From Fischerella sp. PCC 9605 (GTDB lineage Bacteria; Cyanobacteriota; Cyanobacteriia; Cyanobacteriales; Nostocaceae), in NCBI RefSeq assembly GCF_000517105.1, contig NZ_KI912148.1, forward strand, positions 2,418,448-2,482,447: a stretch of 64,000 bases of DNA, read 5' to 3'. The first letter of the stretch is position 1. Every line of letters starts with the position of its first letter. Shown here piece after piece: positions 21,233 to 30,912 of the stretch. The translations under genes and the position numbers were made by a program. The notes beneath the pieces are model-generated. The model did not search any database. It was given only the letters and a program-made list of their open reading frames with translations, and was not told the origin of the DNA.

Positions 21233-21405
21233 TACTGTTCTACTCTCATATCTTCCTACAGTTTCTACAGTGGCATTTACTGGTGCTGTGGGAACAGTCT
21301 CAACGTTTTTGTGAGATTTGGTAAAAGGTTGCTATCGGCCTAGTTTAACCTGAGATAGACAAAACTGAGGTTGACTCTGTTGAAATATTAAGAGGAAAGA
21401 TTTGA

Positions 21406-23955
21406 CTAGCGATGAGCAAACCGCCGTAATAGCAGGGAATTGGTAACTACACTAACCGAGCTAAAAGCCATTAACGCCGCAGCACCAGCAGGGCTAAGAA
21501 CAAAATTTAAACTGGGTAACAAGACACCAGCTGCCAGGGGAATTCCTAGCGTATTGTATGCAAAAGCCCAGAATAAATTCTGGCGAATTTTGTCAAAGGT
21601 GGCACGGCTCAGCCCAATTGATTCTACAACATCAGTTAGACAATTCCGCATCAAAACAATATCAGCAGTTTCCATCGCTACATCCGTACCAGCATGTAAG
21701 GCAATACCAATATCTGCTTGGGATAATGCTGGGGCATCATTTATGCCATCGCCGACCATTGCGACAACCGATTTTGGGTGTTGGATTTGAGATTTTGGAT
21801 TGGGAATTCTCCCCATCTCTCCAGCTTGGAGAGATTGGATTACAACTGCTTTTTTAGCTGGAGGAACACCTGCCATGACATCAGTGTTATCTAGTCCCAG
21901 TTGCTTGGCAATAGCGATCGCTGCTGCGGGTGTATCGCCACTGAGAAGCATGACTCGCAAACCCATCTGCCGCAATTTGTCTACTGCTGCTTTTGCATCT
22001 GGTCTGAGAGTATCTTGAATGGCAATGAGTCCAGTCATTGTTCCTGCAACTGCCACTCCCACAACAGTTTTGCCATCCGCTGCTAGCACCTCAGCCATAT
22101 TTTGTAACTTTTCATCAATAGGGACTCCGTGCCACTGCAACCAGTCCCAATTTCCCAACAGTACTAAACTGCCTTCGACGACAGCAGAAACACCAAGTCC
22201 CGGTTCTGTGTGAAAGTCGGTAGCTGGTGGAATAGATAACTGTTGCTTTTGTGCCTCCTGCCGAATTGCTGTCGCCAAAGGATGACAAGTGCCGTTTTCG
22301 ACTGCGGCGGCGAGTTGAAGGAGCGAGTAAGAACTAAAGAGTGGAGGAGTGGAGGATGGGGAGAATGAGAGAAAACTATTTGAGTATTCCCTCTCTCTCC
22401 CACTCTCCCACTCTCCCCCTGCTTTGATGACGAGGCAATCCGTGACTGTAGGATTACCACTCGTCAGCGTCCCAGTTTTATCAAAAACGATGGTGTCTAA
22501 CTTATGTACTTTTTCCAAAACATCACCGCCTTTGATTAACAGACCCCGTTCAGCAGCGATCGCAGTTCCCACAAGAATAGCTGTAGGTGTGGCTAGTCCC
22601 AAAGCACAGGGACAAGCTACTACCATCACGGCAATTGCTAGTTTCAAACTTAGTAAAAGTGGGGAAGAGTGAGTGAGAGAGGGTGAGTGAGGAAAAGCTA
22701 GTGGGGAGTGATGAGCCATATCCATGCTTGCCGACATTGTCACGTCCGGCCAAACATGAGTGCCAACAAAGTACCAAAATAAAAATGTCAACAAAGCTGC
22801 TGTCAGAACACCGTAGGTAAAGTAGCCAGCGACTGTATCTGCTAATTTCTGTACAGGCGCTTTCCTGATTTGTGCTGCTTCTACTAAGGCGACTATTTGC
22901 GCCAGAGTAGTATCACTCCCGGTACGAGTGGCTTGGATCGCGATCACCCCCGACTGGTTGAGTGTTCCCGCTGTTACCGTATCTCCTGGCTGCTTGAGTA
23001 CTGGCACAGCTTCCCCAGTCAGCATTGACTCATCAATGGTTGTTTGCCCATCTACGATCGCGCCATCGACCGGAATTTTTTCTCCGGGCAGAACTTGCAA
23101 CCACTCACCCACACGCACTTGTTCAGCGGGGATTTCTACTATTCCTCCTTGCGTTCCCCCTGCTGTTAAGGGGGCGGTAGCATTAGCATTTTTCGGTTTA
23201 GGGAGCAATCGTGCTGTCTGTGGCTGGAGATCAAGCAATTGCTTAAATGCAGCAGCAGCACGACCCCTAGCTTGTTTTTCTAGTGTCCGTCCCAACAGAA
23301 TAAAGCCCAACATCATCACAGGCTCATCGAAAAAGCATTCCCAGCCGAGTTGGGGAAACACCAGAGCAACCAAACTAGCAGTATAGGCGGTTAGCGTTCC
23401 CAATCCCACCAGAGTATTCATATTGGGTGCATTCCGCCGCAAACCAAGCCACCCATCAATCAAAATCGAGCGACCGGGAATTAGTAGCGCTACCGTTGCT
23501 AATGCACAGTGAAACCAGATGTTGTGCAAAACGGGCAGCATAAAGCCACCAACATTGCCAAAATGTCCGATCCCCGACAGCACTAGCAGCCCCGCAGCAA
23601 CAATCAATTGCCTGTGTGCTGACTGAATTTCTTGGCGCTGCCGTTCTGCTGGATCTTGTATGGCTTGTTTCTCACCTGCGACTTTCCCATTCGGTTGCCT
23701 AGGTTGAGACGGAAACCCAACTGTCGTGAGTTGCTTTGCCAGCGTATCTGCATCTACCGCACCGATTTCTGACTCTACCACAGCTACCTCTGTTGCCAGA
23801 TTGACGCAAGCACTCTTCACTCCAGGATATTGAACAAGCTGCCGCTCTACAGCTTTAACACAGCCAGCACATTTCATACCTCCAACATCCAGGATAATTT
23901 TCTCTGTTGTTGGGATTGATTCTGGAACGAGGTTAGTTTTTGGGACAAGTTGCAT
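21406..23955 (-). CDS. Copper-translocating P1B-type ATPase (CtaA/PacS-like) with in-frame low-complexity insertions
   Basis: N-terminal heavy-metal-associated motif GMKCAGC, CPC in TM6, DKTGTLT, and GDGINDAP. Three short repeat-derived segments are inserted in loops (see findings). Confidence 0.9.
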   Translation of the reverse strand: MQLVPKTNLVPESIPTTEKIILDVGGMKCAGCVKAVERQLVQYPGVKSACVNLATEVAVVESEIGAVDADTLAKQLTTVGFPSQPRQPNGKVAGEKQAIQDPAERQRQEIQSAHRQLIVAAGLLVLSGIGHFGNVGGFMLPVLHNIWFHCALATVALLIPGRSILIDGWLGLRRNAPNMNTLVGLGTLTAYTASLVALVFPQLGWECFFDEPVMMLGFILLGRTLEKQARGRAAAAFKQLLDLQPQTARLLPKPKNANATAPLTAGGTQGGIVEIPAEQVRVGEWLQVLPGEKIPVDGAIVDGQTTIDESMLTGEAVPVLKQPGDTVTAGTLNQSGVIAIQATRTGSDTTLAQIVALVEAAQIRKAPVQKLADTVAGYFTYGVLTAALLTFLFWYFVGTHVWPDVTMSASMDMAHHSPLAFPHSPSLTHSSPLLLSLKLAIAVMVVACPCALGLATPTAILVGTAIAAERGLLIKGGDVLEKVHKLDTIVFDKTGTLTSGNPTVTDCLVIKAGGEWESGREREYSNSFLSFSPSSTPPLFSSYSLLQLAAAVENGTCHPLATAIRQEAQKQQLSIPPATDFHTEPGLGVSAVVEGSLVLLGNWDWLQWHGVPIDEKLQNMAEVLAADGKTVVGVAVAGTMTGLIAIQDTLRPDAKAAVDKLRQMGLRVMLLSGDTPAAAIAIAKQLGLDNTDVMAGVPPAKKAVVIQSLQAGEMGRIPNPKSQIQHPKSVVAMVGDGINDAPALSQADIGIALHAGTDVAMETADIVLMRNCLTDVVESIGLSRATFDKIRQNLFWAFAYNTLGIPLAAGVLLPSLNFVLSPAGAAALMAFSSVSVVTNSLLLRRFAHR

Positions 23956-24627
23956 GGAAAATATTTGAATTTGCTACGAAATGTCAACGCCTCAGTAGAG
24001 GTACGGCAATGCCATACCTCTACTTCGAGAGTAGGCGAAATCCACAACAACGACAGAATGTCTTAAATGTAAACTTTTGTTAAGCTTCAGGATTCAGCCG
24101 ATTCTCTCCGATTCCAGCGCAGATATGTTAGGTAGATGATAGCGAAACATTGTATTGGGATGAGGACAATTTCTCCTCTCAAAAAAGGGTTGAAATCTAA
24201 ATTAGATATAGTGCTGAAATATACTAATGCTAATAGAGCAAGTATTAACAAGGATATGTATTTACGTTTGATGGTGAGCATATCAGTAGAAAGTAAAATG
24301 TACAAGAAATTAGAGATAAATCATTTACATCCATGCGTTCTTGCAGTTCATAACGACTACTGGACAATCGATTTGAGTTAATTAATTAAGAAGAAAAAGT
24401 CTAAGCTAATTGTTTATAGTTGGTTGTCAGGGCGGATTTATAAACCCGCCTTTACAGTAGTTAGGTTAATATGCCTTTAAGTCGTACAATCAAGAGCACT
24501 ATAAAAATGTGTGCAGGAACGCAGTTTGAATGGTTATTAGTTTGAGTAGTTAGTGCTTGCTATTCATCTGTCTCAAATAACTAATAACTATCAAATATCA
24601 AATATCAATTAACGGCATTATTAACTT

Positions 24628-24903
24628 TTAAAACCAGCCTTGTTTTTTAACAAAGTAGGTATCAACGAATTCATCATGGGATTTGTTTAAGTAGATCATT
24701 CCTTCTATCAAACCCACAAGCTGCATAATCAACAAGGTAAAGCCGTAGGTAAAGTAACCACCGATTAAAGAAATGACCAACACGATGAAGCCTTCTGTAG
24801 TATAACCAAGAATAAACTTATGGATGCCAAGACTTCCGAAAATAATGCCACTATACCCAGCTAGTAATTGTTTAGTGGCATGGCTGGGGTTGAGATTTGC
24901 CAT
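24628..24903 (-). CDS. TM2 domain-containing membrane protein
   Basis: GYSGIIFGSLGIHKFILGY motif followed by a second TM helix. Confidence 0.6.
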   Translation of the reverse strand: MANLNPSHATKQLLAGYSGIIFGSLGIHKFILGYTTEGFIVLVISLIGGYFTYGFTLLIMQLVGLIEGMIYLNKSHDEFVDTYFVKKQGWF

Positions 24904-25599
24904 ACAAGTATTACTCCTTTAATTTTGATGTATAAAATTCAAGTTATATATTTTTAGCAAAAAGTAATTCTACTGACTATCTGGTTTACACTATCTTATT
25001 GACTAAGTAAACAAATTTTTACGTTTGATTCAGTATAATTACTGCTGAAAATAATACATGCAAAATAAGCGTAACCTGATTTCCCAAGCAACGCTAACAA
25101 AATAGAAGCTAGTAGGTATTCAGGCGTTGCCTGAAACCAACTTCACAAAGCTATTCTTAGACTTTGACAAAAACCGCAACACAGCAGTTTTGCATTTTAT
25201 ACTTGAAAATTCTTTGTTAGAGAATTAACAGTTACAATCGCAAAACGGCTACGCCATACTACTTTATACAAACCAAACAGTATCATTTCCGGATTTTCAT
25301 CTTCACGGCAATAATAACTACACTGAATGGCATAAAAGCAGACCCCAGATTTAGGGCGGTTTTTCGATGGTTTTTTCAGCAGAGTTAAGCAAATCGCTAT
25401 AAATAATTTTGTGTTGTGATTCCGAGATCAACAAGCTTGAAACGGAATTTGCTGACAACTAATCCCAGTTAGAGACTGAAGATAGATAATCTTAGCCTTT
25501 TTAGGCTAATTTGTTATCTATTTAACCGAATTGCTTAAGTTTTATCTGCTTAATACTTATTTTCTTCCAAACTAGCATTTTTTTGGCTCAATACCAACT

Positions 25600-25750
25600 A
25601 TAATTAGTGGATTTTTGTGACATATTCTCGAAATAGGCAATAGGCAATAGGGAATAGGGCATTGGGCATTGGGAATAGGTGAAAATTATGAATGCTGAAA
25701 ATTTCATAATTCATAATTCATAATTCATAATTTTTATGCCCTATGCCCCT
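25600..25750. repeat. Heptamer arrays (AATAGGC/ATAGGGC x5, then an ATAATTC x4 palindrome)
   Basis: aataggcaataggcaatagggaatagggcattgggcattgggaatagg ... tcataattcataattcataattcataatt. Confidence 0.8.
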
Positions 25751-25756
25751 TACAAA

Positions 25757-27340
25757 TCACCGAGTGCTACTGCCGATGATAAACAGGCTGAGTAAGGTAC
25801 CACTGTTCCAGAGGCTGTGGAGAAGCATAGGAGCAAGAAGATTGCGCGATCGCGTATAAACAACCCCCAGTACCACACCCAAGGCGAATAGTGGCAGAAC
25901 TTCTGACAAGCTGAGGTGGGCGATCGCAAACAGCAAGCTACTGGCAATAATTGCCCACCACACAGACATATAACGAGTCAGGGAGGGTAACAGAAAACCG
26001 CGAAATAGGAATTCTTCAAATAACGGGGCGGCGATCGCGGCAGTCAGGAAAAATATGCTCAGTGCAATGGAATCTTGGCTTTCCAAAGCCAGTTGCAATA
26101 AAGGATTACTACCACCTTGTCCCTGCCACAGTTCTTGATTAATCAAAGACACCACAACTACGATGGGTAACGCCGCACAATAGCCACCAAATCCCCACAA
26201 AAACCATTTACCTTGCAATTTGAAGCGAAACCAATCGGGTGAAAGTGGGAAAAAGCGTTTGATAGAGAAATACAGCACCAACAGCGCACCCAATGCCACT
26301 AAAATGTAAGTGAAGAATACGTAGAATGCCTGAATTCGCAGATCCGAAACGGGGCGAGGAATGGGAAGTAAGGCCACTAGCACAGGGATCAGCACTTGCC
26401 CCATAAAGAAAAAGCCCAAGACAAAGACTTGCAAAACTGTTTCACCATCCCAAGGTACTGACCAACCGACATTAGCATTTTGCGCTAATAAAGCTTCTTG
26501 CTTCCCCTTGAAAATACGCTGAGTTATCAAAAAAATTAGCAGTCCTACACCAACAAAAGCTCCCAGCGCTGGAATAGTGCCAATTATCGCTAATTTCACA
26601 AAAGCTTGTTCAGCAGCCTGTTGTTCAGTAGCTTTGAGGTTCGCTATAGCTTCCTGACGTTGCTGGAGTTTGTAGAGTTGAACCAAAGCAGTAGAGCGAA
26701 ACCATCCTTCTAAGTTATCTTGAATTAACTGTTGGGCATTGGGAAGCAGACGAGGTGGACTACTCCACATTCCACTTAACGCAGCAGCAGTTTCACGCAA
26801 TTCAGGTTTGATTTGGGAGCGTTGCTGCAACTGGTTCCAAGTTTTGAGCGCTGTATCTGTTTTTCCTTGCTGTGCTTGTAAAATTCCCAAATGCAAATCT
26901 ATCTCAGCAATCGATTTTTGCAGTTGGTTGATAGTCTGTTGGAGTTGTTTTTGTTCTACCGAACGAGAGGCGTTAGTAGCAGGAGGGACTTCCGGCTGGG
27001 GAGTAGGAGTTATGGGAGCAGTAACAGGTTTAGAATTCAGCTTTTCCAGTTGGTTTTTGGCTTTTTCCAAATTAATTTCAGCTGATTTCCGTGCCTGTTG
27101 ATATTGCTTAGTGGCGGTTTCCAGGGGTTTATCACCTACGATTGCTTCCTTCAGTGCTTGAAAATTCTCGTCTTGGCCATCTGGCGATTGCCACTGGGAA
27201 GCTTGTAGCACAATATTTGTCTGGTAGAGTTCCAAACGACTTTGAAATTGTGGTTCTTGCCAACTACTTAATAAAGACGAACCAGCAAAAAAGATAGCTA
27301 ACAGTGTCAGCAAAAATAAACCCAACCGCTTAAGTGTCAT
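25757..27340 (-). CDS. CPBP (CAAX / Abi) family intramembrane metalloprotease with a long N-terminal coiled-coil / periplasmic region
   Basis: C-terminal motifs EEFLFRG ... FAIAHL ... HSLWN are typical of CPBP proteases. Confidence 0.7.
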   Translation of the reverse strand: MTLKRLGLFLLTLLAIFFAGSSLLSSWQEPQFQSRLELYQTNIVLQASQWQSPDGQDENFQALKEAIVGDKPLETATKQYQQARKSAEINLEKAKNQLEKLNSKPVTAPITPTPQPEVPPATNASRSVEQKQLQQTINQLQKSIAEIDLHLGILQAQQGKTDTALKTWNQLQQRSQIKPELRETAAALSGMWSSPPRLLPNAQQLIQDNLEGWFRSTALVQLYKLQQRQEAIANLKATEQQAAEQAFVKLAIIGTIPALGAFVGVGLLIFLITQRIFKGKQEALLAQNANVGWSVPWDGETVLQVFVLGFFFMGQVLIPVLVALLPIPRPVSDLRIQAFYVFFTYILVALGALLVLYFSIKRFFPLSPDWFRFKLQGKWFLWGFGGYCAALPIVVVVSLINQELWQGQGGSNPLLQLALESQDSIALSIFFLTAAIAAPLFEEFLFRGFLLPSLTRYMSVWWAIIASSLLFAIAHLSLSEVLPLFALGVVLGVVYTRSRNLLAPMLLHSLWNSGTLLSLFIIGSSTR

Positions 27341-27628
27341 CTATCTCCCCTTTATTCATACCCAGCTGAATTCTAAAGATGGTAACTAAGGCAGACGAAA
27401 ATATGAGGAGAATGTTAAAGAACTTCCCCCATCACCTCAACCCTACGGGAAGAAGCCCGGAGGGTGTCTACACCCCATCACTTCTAAATACTATCTTTTT
27501 GTATCACGAGTTGAGAGCGCTTGTGACAACCTGTTCTGATGTGGGGTTGAGTTTGTAGTGGTACATGAGTAACCTGGAGAATTTGCTAAACTCTTGCGAT
27601 CGCCTTTGAAATCAAATTCCCAACCACC

Positions 27629-28411
27629 TTAAGAAAGCAATTCCAAGATTTGTACTGGTGTTAATTCTTGCACATTATTCAAAACTAATACTGCTCCTGC
27701 TTGCCGCAGTGTATCTGCATACGCATCACGCCGTGCACTCGTTTCTTGTACATGCGGCGGTAAAACGCCTACACCTATCCAAGTCCGTTCTGGTTGGAGC
27801 GATCGCGCTTTCTCTACTGTATACATATCAGCTACCGTATCTCCGACATATACTACTGGTAAGGATTTGTCAAGCTCATCCTCCAGCAGATGAACTGTGG
27901 CAAAAAGTCCAGTGGGGTCTGGTTTACTAGGAGCATCCTCCATTGCAATCAAAACCGGAGATTGTAAACCAAGACGACCTTCTAAAACATAGCTAGCAGA
28001 GGCGCTTGTCGCACCACTAAAAAACCCCCAAGGAATACCAGCTAAAGTCAACTGTTCGAGATAGCTACGTTGTAACAGTAAGGGTTCATCGCAAATATAG
28101 CCGGTGAAATTTTGGGGATCGCTGCCTCGGTAACGGGATTGAAAAAAAGTGACAATCGCGTTGTAGTCAAGCTGCAATTGCTCGCGAGGCTGTCCTTGAG
28201 CTTCAAAGTATCTATAGATTAACTCTTGTGATGCTTCCCAATCGTTATTCCAAATGCCTTCAGACTTTAATCGATCAATATCTACTGATGTCGGACGATA
28301 TGCCCTGACTGTAAAATACTCGACCGTATCAGCGATCGCCCGCCGATAAGAACCGCTAACATCGCGCACCACACCATCAATATCAAAAACAACAATTGCA
28401 TTCATAGTCAT
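27629..28411 (-). CDS. HAD-superfamily hydrolase
   Basis: N-terminal motif I VVFDIDGV, and a late VGDTVADM (motif IV). Confidence 0.75.
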   Translation of the reverse strand: MTMNAIVVFDIDGVVRDVSGSYRRAIADTVEYFTVRAYRPTSVDIDRLKSEGIWNNDWEASQELIYRYFEAQGQPREQLQLDYNAIVTFFQSRYRGSDPQNFTGYICDEPLLLQRSYLEQLTLAGIPWGFFSGATSASASYVLEGRLGLQSPVLIAMEDAPSKPDPTGLFATVHLLEDELDKSLPVVYVGDTVADMYTVEKARSLQPERTWIGVGVLPPHVQETSARRDAYADTLRQAGAVLVLNNVQELTPVQILELLS

Positions 28412-28520
28412 TAGTCATTAGTCATTAGTTAGTGGTTAGTGGTTGTAGAGACGTGCCATGGCACGTCTGTACATTGGTTAGTGGTTAGTAGTTAGTGGTT
28501 GTTAACTATGCCCGATGCCC
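28412..28520. repeat. Heptamer hairpin array with the embedded 30 bp near-palindrome TGTAGAGACGTGCCATGGCACGTCTGTACA (copy 1)
   Basis: Direct reading, 28440-28471. Flanked by AGTCATT x3, GGTTAGT arrays and CCCACTC-type heptamers. Confidence 0.85.
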
Positions 28521-28616
28521 ACTCCCCACCTCCGGTTCTCCCCATCTCCCTATTCCTTAATTTGTTCACCTGGGCAGGATTACGTTAAAATAAGCGATCG
28601 CTGTCATTAGTAAGTA

Positions 28617-28943
28617 TTGCCCGGAAATTTCCCGGAGGTGCGATTGTCCAAATTTATTTTGAAAATATTGTGGTTAGACGAGAACGTCGCTCTGGCGGTC
28701 GATCAGGTAGTAGGCAAAGGTACTAGTCCTTTGACTAAGTACTTTTTCTGGCCCAGAAACGATGCCTGGGAAGAATTAAAAAAAGAGCTTGAGTCAAAAC
28801 ACTGGATTAGTGAAGTAGATCGGGTGGAGTTACTCAATAAAGCTACCGAAGTTATCAACTACTGGCAAGAGGAAGGTAGAAACCGTCCGATGTCTGAAGC
28901 GCAAGGTAAATTCCCCGATGTTGCTTTTACAGGTAGCGCCTAG
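28617..28943 (+). CDS. 30S ribosomal protein PSRP-3 (Ycf65)
   Basis: [45 protein letters not shown] matches the Ycf65 family. The start may be slightly downstream. Confidence 0.7.
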   Translation: MPGNFPEVRLSKFILKILWLDENVALAVDQVVGKGTSPLTKYFFWPRNDAWEELKKELESKHWISEVDRVELLNKATEVINYWQEEGRNRPMSEAQGKFPDVAFTGSA

Positions 28944-29030
28944 AACCGCTATGCGGAAGTCAAAAGTCAAAAGTCAAAAGTCAAAAATCCAGAGTAAATT
29001 AACTATTGACTATTGACTCCCGACTACTTA
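28940..29030. repeat. AAGTCAA x4 and TATTGAC x2 heptamer arrays
   Basis: cggaagtcaaaagtcaaaagtcaaaagtcaaaaatcc ... aactattgactattgactcc. Confidence 0.75.
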
Positions 29031-30821
29031 ACTAACCTGCTGTTGTACAAGCTGCCATAGCTTGATAGTTTTATCCCTGCTGCCACTAGCAATCAGTTGT
29101 GCAACAGGGTTAACAGCAACGGCAGATACTGAATCTACATGACTAGTAAGAGTAGCAATTTCTTCTGTTGTACTGACTTTCCAAAGCTTGACGGTGTTGT
29201 CTCTACTGCCACTGATCAGCGTTTCCCCATTGGGGCTAAAAGCCACTGCTAGCACAGACCAAGAATGACCTAGTAGCGTGCTAATTATCTGACCAGTATT
29301 TACCTGCCACAATTTTATAGTGTTATCATCGCTACCAGTCGCCAAGATGTTACCATCGGGACTAAAAGCGACTGTCAAAACTGCCCATGCATGACCTAAA
29401 AGGCTGTAGCATGGGCAGTTTTTAAATTTTCTTCCTACCTCTGTGTGAAGTGGAGATAAATCCCACAAGCGAATTGTTCTGTCAAAACTAGCACTGGCCA
29501 GTAGTTTACCTTGGGAACTAAACGCAACTGCGCTCACCTGTAATTGGTGTCCGGTTAGTGTACAAATTTCTTTGCCTGTCTCAACATCCCAAAGTTTAAT
29601 GGTTTTATCCCAACTGCCACTGGCAAGTATTCCTACATCAGGACTAAAGACAACTGATTTGACAGCATTCGAGTGTCCAAAGAGAGTGCAGATTTCCTCG
29701 AATGTATTCAGATTCCACAATTTAATAGTTTTATCATCGCTAGCCGTTGCCAAAGTTTTCCCATCCGGACTGAAAGCAACTGATTTCACAGCTTGAGAAT
29801 GTCCGGCTAAGGTACATATCAGTTTTGTGGTGTTTAGATCCCACAATTTAATTGTTTTGTCATCGTGACCACTGGCTAAAATCTGACCGTCAGGACTGAT
29901 GGCAATTGAATTTACACTACTCAATGCACCAGGAGATCCTATTAAGGTATGCAAGCAATGCCACTGGAGAGTAGGGAAGGGTGAAGGGGACAAAGGTAAT
30001 AGAGAATGGATGCCTATTGCTTGCATGACTTCATCGGCTGATTGAAAGCGAGGGCTGGTAGCTTTTTCTATAAGCTTGTTGATGATTTTACTTAAGCGAT
30101 CGCTGATTTTGGTGGTAAGATACTGCTGCCAAACCCAGCAATTGTTGGCAATATCAAATAAATCAAAGCTAGAAATATGAGTTAGTAAGTGAATGCAAGT
30201 TACACCTAAACTGTATAGGTCACTGGCAAATATTGGTTTTCCCTGAGTTTGTTCTGGTGCAGCATATTCTGGACTACCTGTATTTTTTTCACCTATTAGC
30301 TGCTCATATTCTGGTAAAAGTTTTGCTGCACCGAAATCGACTAAGACGAGATCCCCCCCTAACCCCCCCTTAATAATGGGGGGTGCCGTAGGCGGGGGGG
30401 ATCTCAAAATAATGTTTTCAGGTTTGATATCACAGTGAATGATATTGCGATCGCTAATAAAGTTGAGAACAGGCAACAAACTCTCTAAAAGATGCCAAAT
30501 TTGAGTTTCGCTGAAGACTCCTTGTTCTTCTAACAGGGTAGACAAATTCTTACCCTCTATAAACTCATGCACCAAATAAAAATGGAGATTTTCTGCAAAA
30601 TATGCCAGTAAGGTAGGAATTTGTGGATGCTTACCTAATTCCTCAAGTCGTTGTGCTTTTTGTACAAACGCTTCTAGTGTCTGCTTTTGCTGCGGGAGTT
30701 TTTGCACAACACAAGGAATGGGAGGAAATTGTCCTTCATCTATGGCGAGAAAGGTTTGGCAATATCCCCCTTTACCAATCTGTTTGATTAAGCGGTAACG
30801 TTCTTTTAGGTAAACCGACAT
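29028..30821 (-). CDS. Serine/threonine protein kinase with C-terminal WD40 repeats
   Basis: HCDIKPENI and DFG....SPEYAAPE kinase motifs, then at least seven WD40 units (GH...V.SVAFSPDG..LASGS.DKTIKLW). The kinase region carries an in-frame palindromic insertion. Confidence 0.85.
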   Translation of the reverse strand: MSVYLKERYRLIKQIGKGGYCQTFLAIDEGQFPPIPCVVQKLPQQKQTLEAFVQKAQRLEELGKHPQIPTLLAYFAENLHFYLVHEFIEGKNLSTLLEEQGVFSETQIWHLLESLLPVLNFISDRNIIHCDIKPENIILRSPPPTAPPIIKGGLGGDLVLVDFGAAKLLPEYEQLIGEKNTGSPEYAAPEQTQGKPIFASDLYSLGVTCIHLLTHISSFDLFDIANNCWVWQQYLTTKISDRLSKIINKLIEKATSPRFQSADEVMQAIGIHSLLPLSPSPFPTLQWHCLHTLIGSPGALSSVNSIAISPDGQILASGHDDKTIKLWDLNTTKLICTLAGHSQAVKSVAFSPDGKTLATASDDKTIKLWNLNTFEEICTLFGHSNAVKSVVFSPDVGILASGSWDKTIKLWDVETGKEICTLTGHQLQVSAVAFSSQGKLLASASFDRTIRLWDLSPLHTEVGRKFKNCPCYSLLGHAWAVLTVAFSPDGNILATGSDDNTIKLWQVNTGQIISTLLGHSWSVLAVAFSPNGETLISGSRDNTVKLWKVSTTEEIATLTSHVDSVSAVAVNPVAQLIASGSRDKTIKLWQLVQQQVS

Positions 30822-30835
30822 GAATAAATGTATTT

Positions 30836-30912
30836 TTTATGGTGATTGTTGGTGGTTGGTAGTTGTTAGTTGTTTATTCCCAACAACCAACAACTAACAA
30901 CAAACAACTAAC
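30836..30912. repeat. Heptamer hairpin array
   Basis: ggtgattgttggtggttggtagttgttagttgtttattcccaacaaccaacaactaacaacaaacaactaac. Confidence 0.8.

Noticed and set aside
24087-24381. Two overlapping small ORFs (72 and 81 aa) in the AT-rich region upstream of the ATPase
   Set aside because: They overlap each other on opposite strands in a low-GC segment with no RBS or conservation cues. Coding status cannot be supported.
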